Source: Eledone cirrhosa (lineage: Eukaryota). Taken from it: a stretch of 64,000 nucleotides of DNA. The notes beneath the pieces are model-generated. The model saw nothing but the letters and a program-made list of their open reading frames with translations, made no database searches and had not been told where the DNA came from. Position 1 is the first letter of the stretch; each line of letters starts with the position of its first letter. Positions 25,787 to 38,686 of this stretch are shown here, piece after piece. The stretch spans positions 23,002,001-23,066,000 of the forward strand of contig OZ024741.1 in the NCBI GenBank assembly GCA_964016885.1, in the 5' to 3' direction. A program made the translations under genes and the position numbers.

Positions 25787-25982
25787 GCTCTGCACAATAC
25801 ATAGAACACTTTTTTCTTTTACCCTTTCTACAGAAATACTTAACATATATATATATATAAGCAAAAGGGATATTCAATTTGTTGGTAATTCAGCAAATAT
25901 AAATGTTTATAACTGATTCAGAGCACTCAACAGTTTTCTGGAGTATAATATTCAATGATATTAAATAAATGGAAACTATATT

Positions 25983-26033
25983 TATTCTATTATATATATT
26001 TCAAACTTTGGTACGCTTTCATCAGATAAAATA
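25983..26033 (-). ncRNA. minimal type I hammerhead ribozyme in Penelope arm (sense to Par-3 pre-mRNA)
   Basis: Reverse complement of the motif at 29695-29745. Confidence 0.75.
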
Positions 26034-29000
26034 CAAAGTTTGTTTTATAAATTTTGACATAACCAAGAAAACGATACCTTAACGGTTCAAGTTTTCCTTA
26101 GATAGTGAAGTGATAAGAGAAGAAAAGTCAGATATTTCAAATTATTAAGATGAGTATGCAAATGAGGTAGAGGTATAGGGCTGAAAAAACCCCGTTATTT
26201 TAGATATTATGCAGAATTTAAATGTATGAGTAGCAAAAAGAAAGAAGAAAAAAAAGAAAGAAGAGCTTGTATTTACGTTAATTTAAAAGGAAAGGTGGAA
26301 TGATTCCAGAATTTAAATTTATTTAGCTATATTATGAGTTATAATATTGTATATATAATCAATTAGATTATATGAAGAATTATGGTTATAAGTATATTTT
26401 ATCTTATTACATTACAATAGGTTATAAGTATATAAATATCTATATAGATTAATAATTGTGCATGTATAAGTATTATAGAAATAGAAATAATTTACAATTA
26501 TTAGTTGTTTACATTTCTAATATGAGTTACGAAGGATGTTGATTTTGCATTTTACATAAAAAACAGGTGGTTAAAGTTGTAAGAGGAGAACAATTTGTAG
26601 ATTCGAATATTTTGTTCCAACATTGAAAATGTTTTCAGAATATTGTTAATTTAGCGAAGTTATATAGTTTAATGTACATATTATATTATAATATGTTTAT
26701 GTTTGCACGATTAAAAGGGAAAGATAACTCCAATCTTGTTCGTTAACCGTTAAATTTGATGAATGATTTGCTCAGAAAATATATAGTGAAAATTATATAT
26801 TTTGTGTGAGATTAATTATTTTAGTCGAAAGATGTGTGAAAGTTTGAAGATCAAAAGGAGAGGAAAAACGTAATGTGCATTTCGAAGAACTATCGTAAAG
26901 AGGATAGATTTTCAGAATGTCAATTAAAGGTTATCAATCCACACCTAAAAAAATATATTTAGAGGGGTATCATTAGGAAAATGTCAAATAAAAAATATAA
27001 AAAAATATATATATATTAAAAAATTGATGTCAAAAGGTAAAAAAATAGTAGTAATATTAAAAAATTAAGAAGGAAGGTCATTTAAAAGAATTTACATTTA
27101 ACTTTAAATTTTTAAAGAAAATAGGATCATTTTGAAGGTATATAAGATACAGTCAAGTGTAATGAATATCATAAATTAAAAATACTTCTGAAAGTGGAAT
27201 TTTGGCGATGTCTGCAAGAAGAAAATAATTCTGTTTTAAGATTAATAGAGTTTCGACAGTTAATTATATAAAAAATGTCCTCAATACACATGTTACAGAA
27301 TCTTGAGAAAGCCATATTTCGGTATGCAGGTGCTTTCGCAATATTCCACAAGATATTGAATAGTCTATATTGTTGTCTTTTAAGTTCAAAATTAAATGTG
27401 AAAGTGAAGTGGAAGATATTTTATCGGATTTCTTAAATGTGTGTTTATGGTTATACCAGCGTTCTTTGAATTTTGTAGAAGTGGCCCAATATAGTTAAAT
27501 TCTTTGTCTCTAGTTTTAACTGTGCATTTATAAATTACGTTTTTGTCTAAGCAATTATTTTGTAAAGGGCAGTTTGATTTAATTCTACAGTTACATTTTC
27601 TGGAGTAGTTGTTGTTGTTTGGAACAGTACTATTATTCTGAATATTGTTGTTAGAAATATTATTATTGCTATTTTGGTTAGGGTTTAAATTTAAGTTTCT
27701 ATTATTAATTCTATTTATATTTTGTGCTATGTTCATAGTAGTAGAGTAGGATAGTTTTATAGTGTGTCTGTTAAAAATAGAGTGGTATCTGTGGGCTTTA
27801 GGAAAACACTTATATAGTGCTTTAAAAAATAGTTTTGCTAAAGGTGTTTTAATGCTTAATGAGAATGGGGCAGAGTACCAAATAATATTTCTAGTTCTAG
27901 TTTTTTTTTTGTTTGGTTTAGTGTTTAAGTTAAATTGTTTATTATTATTATAATTAATTCTAGGATGATCTGTCATGTTATTGTTATCTACGTATTTAAT
28001 TTTATTCAAGTATCCTGCTCTATGTAAAGCTTCATTGTAATATTCTGCCTCATCATCAAAAATATTTTTATTAGCAGAGATGCGTGAAATCCGTTGTCGA
28101 TGCTATTGACAATAGTGTTTTTAATATTTCTAGGATGATTAGAATTGAAACTTACGTAATTTAGATTTTCATTAATTTTATGGAATAGATAGTAGAGACC
28201 TGTGCTAAGGTTTAAGGTTACATCTACGAAGTTAAACGATTTTGTAATTATTCTCTATTTCTAATTTAAGGTTGTAGTTGTTGAAAAATTGCATTATGGA
28301 TTTCCTTTTCCTATTAATTTCACTATTGCTATGAAGACAACAATATAGACTATTCAATATCTTGTGGAATATTTCGAAAGCACCTGCATACCGAAATATG
28401 GCTTTCTCAAGATTCTGTAACTTGTGTATTGAGGACATTTTTTATATAATTAACTGTCGAAACTCTATTAATCTTAAAACAGAATTATTTTCTTCTTGCA
28501 GACATCGCCAAAATTCCACTTTCAGAAGTATTTTTAATTTATGATATTCATTACACTTGACTGTATCTTATATACCTTCAAAATGATCCTATTTTGTTTA
28601 AAAATTTAAATTTAAAGTTAAATGTAAATTCTTTTAAATGACCTTCCTTCTTAATTTTTTAATATTTCTACTATTTTTTTTACCTTTTGACATCAATTTT
28701 TTAATATATATATATTTTTTAATATTTTTTATTTCTGACATTATTTTCCTAATGATACCCCTCTAAATATATTTTTTTTAGGTGTGGATTGATAACCTTT
28801 AATTGACATTCTGAAAATCTATCCTCTTTACGATAGTTCTTCGAAATGCACATTACGTTTTTCCTCTCCTTTTGATCTTCAAACTTTCACACATCTTTCG
28901 ACTAAAATAATTAATCTCACACAAAATAATATATAATTTTCTCTATATATTTTCTGAGCAAATCATTCATCAAATTTAACAGTTAACAAACAAGATTGGA

Positions 29001-29694
29001 GTTATCTTTCCCTTTTAATCGTGCAAACATAAACATATTATAATATAATATGTACATTAAACTATATAACTTCGCTAAATTAACAATATTCTGAAAACAT
29101 TTTCAATGTTGGAACAAAATATTCGAATCTACAAATTGTTCTCCTCTTACAACTTTAACCACCTGTTTTTTATGTAAAATGCAAAATCAACATCCTTCGT
29201 AACTCATATTAGAAATGTAAACAACTAATAATTGTAAATTATTTCTATTTCTATAATACTTATACATGCACAATTATTAATCTATATAGATATTTATATA
29301 CTTATAACCTATTGTAATGTAATAAGATAAAATATACTTATAACCATAATTCTTCATATAATCTAATTGATTATATATACAATATTATAACTCATAATAT
29401 AGCTAAATAAATTTAAACTCTGGAATCATTCCACCTTTCCTTTTAAATTAATGTAAATACAAGCTCTTTCTTTTTTTTTCTTCTTTCTTTTTGCTACTCA
29501 TACATTTAAATTCTGCATAATGTCTAAAATAACGGGGTTTTTTCAGCCCTATACCTCTACCTCATTTGCATACTCATCTTAATTAATTTGAAATATCTGA
29601 CTTTTCTTTTCTTATCACTTCACTATCTAAGGAAAACTTGAACCGTTAAGGTATCGTTTTCTTGGTTATGTCAAAATTTATAAAACAAACTTTG

Positions 29695-29745
29695 TATTTT
29701 ATCTGATGAAAGCGTACCAAAGTTTGAAATATATATAATAGAATA
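29695..29745 (+). ncRNA. minimal type I hammerhead ribozyme in Penelope arm
   Basis: tattttat-CTGATGA-aagc(gtaccaaa)gttt-GAAA-t(atat)a-TA-atagaata. 8-bp stem I, 4-bp stem II, minimal palindromic stem III, AUA cleavage triplet. Confidence 0.75.
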
Positions 29746-29784
29746 AATATGGTTTTATAAATATAGTTTCCATTTATTTAATAT

Positions 29785-29831
<47 letters not shown>

Positions 29832-29899
29832 TATGTGGTTAACGGCTGAGAGAAAAGAGAGTTTTAATATTTATTTTATTAAGGCTACTAAATAGTGGG

Positions 29900-29949
29900 T
29901 CTTGTTACTCTGGAGTTTTACCTGTTTATCACAGGATTATCAGACAAGA
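29900..29949 (-). ncRNA. degenerate hammerhead motif
   Basis: tcttgt-CTGATAA-t-cctg..cagg-t-AAAA-ctc(ca)gag-TA-acaaga. All stems pair, but two core G residues are A. Confidence 0.5.
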
Positions 29950-30206
29950 ACAGACAAAATGAATATACATAGATATGTAAAAGGTAAACAGAAATAACAA
30001 CACAATCAGTACAGTATATGGAAGGAATATATTAGGTTAACGCTTGAACGGGTCATAACGTTTCGGACGCTAGTCTTCATCAGAAGAAATAATGAGAAAT
30101 AAGATAGGTTGAAGGGACGGGTGGGGTGGAATTGGAAAGTATAAATGAAAAGAATTTAACATTTTCTTTTTAATTTAGGATGGCATGCCATAATAATCTG
30201 CCAGGA

Positions 30207-31513
30207 ATCATCATCATCATCATCATCATCGTTTAACGACCATGTTCCACGCTTGCATGGGTTTGGACGGAAGTTTTCCCATTTGAGGCAAGAGTGGTTG
30301 TCTTGCTCGCATAGGACTGTCTGGCGGGTTTTCTACAGCTGGATGCCCTTCCTAACACCAACCACATTTACAATGTGGGGCTGGGAGGTTTTTACCGTGT
30401 TGCCTACACGGCCACATTACAGCGTGGACTGTCTGGCGGGTTTTCTACAGCTGGATGCCCTTCCTAACACCAACCACATTTACAATGTGGGGCTGGGAGG
30501 TTTTTACCGTGTTGCCTACACGGCCACATTACAGCGTGGACTGTCTGGCGGGTTTTCTACAGCTGGATGCCCTTCCTAACACCAACCACATTTACAATGT
30601 GGGGCTGGGAGGTTTTTACCGTGTTGCCTACACGGCCACATTACAGCGTGGACTGTCTGGCGGGTTTTCTACAGCTGGATGCCCTTCCTAACACCAACCA
30701 CATTTACAGTGTGGGTCTGGGAGGTTTTTACCGTGTTGCCTACACGGCTACATTACAGCGTAGACTGTGTTTTTTGTCGTGACACCTACACGATCTCATT
30801 TGTTTCGGCCTGGATGTTGTGGCACCAACATAACTTTACATTGAAAGGGGTGGTGTGGATGGGGTGGGGTGGTGGGACGGGGGATGTATTTTGTTAGAGA
30901 TGCCTACTGACTGTAGTAGGTTTTACTTTGTATTTAGGTAAGGCGGGTCTTCTCTATTACTGAGTACCGCCAAAGGTCTCGGTCCAGTGACATTGTCTTG
31001 GAGAGGTGTAAGTGTGTGAGGTCGGAATTTATCAGCTCGTCCCAGGTTTTTCTGGGTCTGCCTACTCCGTGGCTACCATCTATCTTTATTGGCCTGCACT
31101 TTGTTTTACAGCTGTCGTCTTTCATGCGCATCACGTGACCATACCAACGTAGCCTTCTCTCAAGTAAACAACATCTGATCCCTCTTATTCCTAATTTTTT
31201 TCTTAGTTCGTTTATGCTTTGCCGTTCACGTATATTACTATTACACATCCAGCGGAGCATGCAAGCTTCGTTCCCCTCTAGTCTGCGCATATCCTCTGCA
31301 CACAATGCCCAGGTATCACTGCCATGCAACATTGCTGTTCGTATGCAGGCATCATACAACCTGCCTTTCATTTTTAGGGAGAACCCTTTAGCGGCTAATA
31401 GTGGTATAAGCTCTCTGAACTTTTTCCATCCAGTTCTGACTCTAGCTACTGTACTTTCGGAGCACCCTCCCCCACTGCTGATTTTGTCACCCAGGTAACG
31501 GAAGCTGTCCACT
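30207..31513 (-). mobile_element. 5'-truncated RTE LINE with a four-fold 112-bp repeat in the 3' UTR
   Basis: ORF 30934-31512 (FRYLG...RRLRWYGHVMRM...GRPRKTW) and a (gat)n tail. The repeat period of 112 bp spans 30314-30770. Confidence 0.92.
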
Positions 31514-32277
31514 ATAAATAAATTTATATGATATTGTCTATTTTAGCAATACTTCATGCCCCACCCCACCCACAGGGTAGGGAGGGCTCTTCAGTCAAGT
31601 CAATGACCAACAACCTCCTAGGTGCTTGTGTCACGATTAAATGCACTCAGTACACTCTGTAGAGTGGTTAGTGTTAGGAATGGTTTCTATGTCAAAAAGG
31701 GTCGAGAAGATCATTCAGTCACAGCATGATTTCTTGTGAGTTGGTACTCTGAAAAATGTACCTAGACTATGTAGAGTGGTTGGTGATAGATTCTATGACT
31801 GGATGCCCTTTCTATGTCAAAAAAGGGTTGACAACCTCTCTAGTGTTGGTGACATAAAATGTAGCCAATACAAACTGTAGTGGTTGGTGATAGGAAGTGC
31901 ATCCAGCCACAGAAAACTACCCAAATAGTCAAAAGGACTCTTCATTTATGTCAAATACATGATAATCTATTTGGTGCTGGTGCCATGTTTAAACACACCA
32001 AGTACACTCTGTAAAATACAAGAATGTATGTAAGTGAGATGCAGCCCCTGGCCTGTCTAAGTGGTCAACAGCTTTGGCTAAGTACTGGCTTGGTCTGTAA
32101 CAACCCATTCAGCCCTTCCCAGCAGGGAAAACAGACATTAAATGATGATGATGATGGTTAAAATATTGTCTTTATTGTAATATGTAGAATATAATTCTTA
32201 TGATAATGGTTTCATAAAGCAACTAATAAAAATGGACTGAAAAGACAAAGGTTTTGAAGAAAATATTTATTACTTAC

Positions 32278-32564
32278 AAATCCATGCTGTCATATTTATC
32301 TGTTAAGTGAGGATTCCAGTTCTCTGACTGATCTGAATGATGACGGTACTGGTTTGAGTGGTAGTGTTGAGATGGATGAGCTGTAGGATATGGAGGGGGT
32401 TGATTATCACTGCTATTCGGATGAGGATGAGGAAAACGTGAAACATTTTGGGGTGGTATGTTGGTAGGTGGATTTTGGTCATGCTGATTTTCAAATTCTT
32501 TCAGATAATGTTGCTTTGAATGATTAGAAAGTGGGGCTTCTCCAGCAAAGACCGGCGGGTAATT
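32278..32564 (-). CDS. PARD3: Par-3 exon, Pro/His-rich linker (NYPPVFAGEAP...DKYDSMD)
   Basis: Lies within ORF 32274-32624. Acceptor attcag and donor gtaagt. Phase 0-2 exactly bridges the flanking exons. Confidence 0.85.
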
Positions 32565-32907
32565 CTGAATAGGAAAAAGAATTAGTTTAGCTTCTGAAAT
32601 ATTAATTAACCCTTTAGTAGTCATATTACTCTATATATACTATTGTATTTTCATGGTAAAGGCTTTATCTCACATAATATCGAATCTATGAGATTTTGAT
32701 ATTATTTATTTTGAGAACATTACCTTAACATCAGTATAAGTGGTCGGTTATACCTGGTTTGAACAAAAAAAGGTGAGAGAATTCTGGCCGGTTACAGCCG
32801 GTTTAAACACTAAAGGGTTAATATTAGATTATTTATACACAATACTTCATTAGACAGTTGATTGAATCATTACAAAATTAAACAAATGCTTTGCATTATT
32901 TATCATG

Positions 32908-33055
32908 GCACTAGGGTGGTTGATTGTCATATCAGTTGGACAACATGCTTCACAGCATAGAGCATAAAGAGCCGTAACCCTGAGTTCAAATCCCGTCAAG
33001 GTTAGCTTTGTCTTTCATCCTTACGATGTTAATAAATAAAGCACCAGTAATGTAC
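32908..33055 (+). mobile_element. diverged SINE family A
   Basis: Contains gagttcaaatcccg...tctttcatccttacg...accagtaatg. Confidence 0.65.
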
Positions 33056-33514
33056 TTTAGTGATTATTGCCGTTTCCTCCTGTTGTGATTCTATAACATT
33101 TTTTTTTTGGTTGTCTCTAACCCCCAAAATAACGTTATAGAAACAAAGGGAGGAAACATTGATAAACAGTGAAGATGCCAAAGAAATGTGTGACAAAAGA
33201 ATTTTCATAAATTACATTTATATTTTTAACTGTTGGTCAATCAATGATAAACATAGATTGCCAGCTAAATTATTTATAAAAATATACTGAAGTGAAACCA
33301 AACCAAACCAAAGTGTGAATTTGTTTTTCTTTGGCAATATTAGGACAACATGACCCCCCCCCCCCCCCCCAATATAACAGAGATATTGAAGCTTTTTAAT
33401 GGATCAACTAATTCAAAATATTTAAAGAAAAGACTGACTTGAACCTGTTTCCGCTGAAATCCTATGTAAACTGTTCTGAAATTCCAACAAACAGAATTAG
33501 TAGCTATTTTTATT

Positions 33515-33840
33515 ATAGTTTCTGATTTAGGCACAAGGTCAACAATTTTAAGGGAGGGGAAAGTTGATTAAATCAACCCCAGTGCGTGACTAGTACTTTA
33601 TTTTATCACCCTTGTAAGGATGAAAGGTAAAGTTAACCTCGGCAGGATTTGAACTCAGAATGTAAAAGGGCGCAAGTCTATGCCGCAAAGCATGGTGTCC
33701 GATGATCTACCGATTCTGCCAATCCACCTTCCTTAAATAATTGTTTCTACTTTTGGCACAAGGCCAGCAATTACCCAGTGCATTACTGGTACTTTATTTT
33801 ATCGACCCCGTAAGGATGAAAGGCAAAGTTAACCTCGGCA
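33515..33840 (-). mobile_element. two adjacent SINE family A copies (second truncated)
   Basis: The family core occurs twice, at 33515-33730 and 33737-33840. Confidence 0.75.
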
Positions 33841-34161
33841 AATAATGTCAGCTGATAACAACTAGATAAATTTACATTTTGAGATATTTAAATGTAATTT
33901 TGCAAGCAGCATTATAGTAATAAAAACTGAAGTAATTTGAGTAAAACATTGTCTTCAATCATACAATGATGCTCTAATATTTCACTGTTCCTGAATCAAT
34001 ATATAAGTGGTGCCTGATCAGTTATGTTTTATCCTCATCATTCTTTAGGTGAATTCCATTATTTCTTATAAAATGTTATACATCTATGTATGGTGGGTAA
34101 AGTTACCTTTAATTTTTTTATAAATTTATAATAAACAATCAGATTATATAGCTTTGATTTA

Positions 34162-34745
34162 AGTCCTAGAGATATATCTAGCTACCACTGGTCCTACATA
34201 TCTAGCTACCACTGGTCCTACATATCTAGCTACCACTGGTCCTACATATCTAGCTACCACTGGTCCTACATATCTAGCTACCACTGGTCCTACATATCTA
34301 GCTACCACTGGTCCTACATATCTAGCTACCACTGGTCCTACATATCTAGCTACCACTGGTCCTACATATCTAGCTACCACTGGTCCTACATATCTAGCTA
34401 CCACTGGTCCTACATATCTAGCTATCACTGGTCCTAGAGATATATCTAGCTACCACTGGTCCTACATATCTAGCTACCACTGGTCCTACATATCTAGCTA
34501 CCACTGGTCCTACATATCTAGCTACCACTGGTCCTACATATCTAGCTATCACTGGACCTAGAGATATATCTAGCTACCATTGGTCCTAGAGATATATCTA
34601 GCTACCATTGGTCCTAGAGATATATCTAGCTACCACTGGTCCTATATATATCTAGCTACCATTGATCCTATATATCTAGCTACCATTGGTCCTAGAGATA
34701 TATCTAGCTATCACTGGTCCTAGTGATTTATCTAGCTACCACTGA
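34162..34745. repeat. minisatellite, 24-bp unit
   Basis: Unit catatctagctaccactggtccta. Confidence 0.96.
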
Positions 34746-35111
34746 TCATCATAACAGACCTTGGCACATGACCAATTCAAAACTATGTGTCCATAATAGA
34801 TGTGCCTTCTTCCTATACTTTTCTTAGCTAGAAAATAGTTACCACTCTTAGTTTGTGGTGAGACAAGGAAAACATCAATTCCTTTTCAAATACAACTCAA
34901 AGATTTATACTTTTTATATGGTATGATATGCAAATAAGATATACTATGCAAACGAGGTATAATATGCAAAATTAAATCCAAGCAAGGCATTTAAAAACAA
35001 TATTAAACATCTTGTTTGATATTGTAGATCAATATGTTAGAAAAATAGCAAACTTCACTAGAGAACAAGTATGATGAAAAAAAAAAAAAAAAAAAAAAAA
35101 TTGAAACTAAC

Positions 35112-36050
35112 TTCATCATGATCAAATGATTCATTTTCAATGAGTACCGTTTCTTGGTTAGGTGGGTTTACTGTAACAGATTGTAATTCTTGATCTGAAG
35201 AAGGTTTTGTCATAGAGTGCTTTGACCCTGAACTAGAATTACTGTTTTTTCTTTCTGAGGTAGGTGAAACACCTTGATGGTCAAAATAACTGGTAATACT
35301 ATCTTCAAAACTTGAGTGAACTGCCTGGTTGTAAGAATCATTGTTAATTCCTTGTCGACCACTTCCACCACGAAGTCTTTCAACTTGGGGTGGAAAAGGT
35401 TTAGCTATTTCTGTATTGGTGAAGTCATAATCAACAGATTGTAATTCTTGATCTGAATAAAGTTTTGCTATAGAGTGTTTTGACCCTGAACTAGAATTAC
35501 TGTTTTTTCTTTCTGAGGTAGGTGAAACACCTTGATGGTCAAAATAACTGGTAATACTATCTTCAAAACTTGAGTGAACTGCCTGGTTGTAGGAGTCATT
35601 ATTAATTCCTCCTCTGCCACTTCCACCCCGAAGTCTTTCAACTTGGGATGAAAAAGGTTTAGTTACCTCTGAATTGGTAAAGTCAGAATCATTTTCATCA
35701 ACATTCGAAATTCTTAAACCTTCATAATTTCTTGACTCCATTAAATTCCTTGTATGACTGTTCTGCTGGTTGACAACATTGTCATCAAGATTCGCGCGTT
35801 CAATGGACTCCAGTTCTTCAGAGAAGCTGTCTTTTTGTTTATTATCAGAATCTTCAACCAAAGAATTTGATAATGATGGAGATACTCCATCCATTACTCC
35901 TCGAGCAATGACCAAGCAAATCATTCCCTTAACCGGATCAATACTCCGCATGGTTTCTCGAAGAGTTTCCATAGCCTCTTGGTTGGTAAGTCGAAGCAAA
36001 GAATAGCCATTAATTTCAAGAAGTTGATCGTTGACTTTTAACCTTCCATC
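35112..36050 (-). CDS. PARD3: Par-3 exon, PDZ3 C-half plus long Ser-rich region (DGRLKVNDQLLEINGYSLLRLTNQEAMETLR...SFDHDE)
   Basis: Acceptor ttttctag and donor gttagt, 939 nt, phase 0-0. DGRLxVNDQL and NQEAMETLR are Par-3 PDZ3 hallmarks. Confidence 0.94.
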
Positions 36051-36539
36051 CTAGAAAATAGAAAACAAATTGTAATGAACATGTTTTATAATATAAATTT
36101 GAAGTTTATTTAGAATAAGTACATGACAAACTACTCTGATTTTTCCTATCATTTACCCTTTCTCTTCAATAATCCCCTGGTTTTCATTTCCTATTCCATC
36201 ATTTTTACCTATTTCTTTCTTGATATTTGTCTTCCACTTCCTTTCATTCCCATCACTCCTCTCACTCAGTCACTTTCACCCTTCCTCAACACATGACCCA
36301 ACCATCCCACCCCATTTCTCTTCACAACATTCATTACTGGCTCTATTCCCATCACTCCTCTGATCCAGTCACTGTCATCCTTCCTCAACACATGATCCAG
36401 CCATCCCACTCCATTTCTCTTAACATTCATCACTGACTATTCATATCAACCAAAAATTATGAAAGAAAAGAAGAAATAAATGTATTATAAAAAAGATCAT
36501 GCAACAATATTTTACTTTTATTGAAGTACTGACAATATC

Positions 36540-36960
36540 TTCAATTCAGTATTTGTGCCAACCCTTACCTATGGTCATGAATCTTGGGTAATGACCGAAA
36601 GAATACAATCGAGAATACAAGTTGCTGAAAAGGAGTTCTTCTGAGGGGTCTTTGGAGTAACATTACTCAATAGAGTGCGTAGCTGGGAGATCAGAGATTC
36701 ACTCCAGGTAGAGCCGCTACTTCTCCAAATTGAGAGATCACAGCTCTGATACTATGGGCATGTGGTTAGAATATCTCAGGAAAGAATCACTAGACCTTGA
36801 GCAAGATGGTTGGATAACATCCATGAGCTTGGCTGGTTTCACTTGGGGATCCAGCTGGAACAATTGGAGACAGTTGCTTCTGACAGGACCCACTGGAAGG
36901 AGTGTTTGAAGACTCTGCCCCATGATCCTCTCAGGAATATGTGGGCGAAGAAAAAGAAGT
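36540..36960 (+). mobile_element. decayed LINE 3' fragment (RTE-like)
   Basis: Translates as SVFVPTLTYGHESWVMTERIQSRIQVAE, with stops downstream. A related copy lies at about 20590-20760 on the minus strand. Confidence 0.65.
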
Positions 36961-37442
36961 ACTGAAATCTTACAGGAGTTTATTTGAAACATAAAATATT
37001 TCATGAGGAATAAAGTGGCTTGCTGAAGTTTAAATTTGTGGCATTAACAGATTCACGAGAATACCAAACTTCCTCTTATACAGTTGATATGTGTAGACTG
37101 GAGAGAAATGAAGCAGTGATGCTTTATTGGATGTGCAATGTAAATGTGAGAGAAAGGTAGAGCTTGGATGAACTGAGGGAGAAGCTGGGTTTAAGAGGAA
37201 TCTGAGGTGGTGTGCAGGAGAGAAGACTGCATTGGTACGGACATGTGATGCACATGAATGATGACTAATGAGTGAAGAAGTGCTAGGGAGATTCAGTATG
37301 AAACAGTGCATGAGAAAGTTAACCCAATGAATTACAGGTACAACTAATTTTGTTTAGCTGAGTGGACTGGAGTAATATGAAATAAAGTGTCTTGCCTAAG
37401 GACACAATGCCCTGCTGGGAATCAAACTCAAACTCACACTTA

Positions 37443-37859
<417 letters not shown>

Positions 37860-37863
37860 TTAA

Positions 37864-38462
37864 CTATAATAAAGAAAGGAGTGTGGGACGGCATCCAGAA
37901 TATAATTTTTTTATCCCGTTTGTAAAATAAGTTGGATTACTTTGAATAAATAATTGTTTCTACTTTTGGCACAAGGCCAGCAATTATCCCAGTGTATTAC
38001 TGGTACTTTATTTTATCGACCCCGTAAGGATGAAAGGCAAAGTTAACCTCAGTGGGATTTGAATAAATAATGAATGAATATTACATAATTTATCTGCTAA
38101 ATTTTGTAGCTTTTGATTAAATATATTTTATTGCTTATTTAAAGATTCACTTCTTTAAAAGTTTCAAATGTCAACACTTCCGGTTAGCGATCGCTTAAAT
38201 AAATATTCATATATTTCCGTCACTAATTTTCTCCTAATGCAGTTTATATATAATATAAATATAATTTTTTAATGTATCATGGATTACGTTACTGATTACA
38301 TAAGACAGTGTAATACAGTCTTCGTTCAATTTCTGTGTATATTGTCAATTACGATTTTATTTGATGTATCATATCTACATGCATATATACTTGCGTATAA
38401 TATCAATATACACACTACACATGCTAGCAGAAAACCACCTGAAGGGTGGTTTTTCTGCTAGT
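37864..38462 (+). mobile_element. non-autonomous Helitron-like element interrupted by a SINE A insertion (37950-38063)
   Basis: Homologous to 44181-44660. Ends in the hairpin ctagcagaaaaccacc..ggtggtttttctgCTAG|T. The SINE is flanked by the duplication tttgaataaataat. Confidence 0.65.
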
Positions 38463-38545
38463 GTATAAACAATTTAAAATGACAATAGTTCATATATTTA
38501 CAGTATTCTCTATAAAAACTTTATGAAGTGAAGGCAACTACTTAC

Positions 38546-38686
38546 ATTTTCTCGTGGGGGTTTTACGGGATGTTTTTCCATTTCTTGTCGAGAAACTAAT
38601 AACTCAACATCACAACCCATTTTAGCCTTGCGAAGAATTTTCACAGCTTCTACCTGAGTCTTCCCTGTCATCTCAACACCATCTAC
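38546..38686 (-). CDS. PARD3: Par-3 exon, PDZ2 C-half (VDGVEMTGKTQVEAVKILRKAKMGCDVELLVSRQEMEKHPVKPPREN)
   Basis: 141 nt, phase 0-0, cag acceptor and gtaagt donor. Continues PDZ2 in frame. Confidence 0.94.

Larger units (their letters stand above)
25953..29789 (-). mobile_element. 5'-truncated Penelope-like retroelement with inverted ~1.43-kb pseudo-LTR arms
   Basis: Spacer 27380-28333 encodes an RT C-terminus (FVDVTLNL...NSNHP) and a GIY-YIG endonuclease (CNCR..CPL...NVIYKC...YIG, later CNxC and CRH), frameshifted. Arms 25953-27379 and 28334-29789 are near-perfect reverse complements. Confidence 0.9.
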
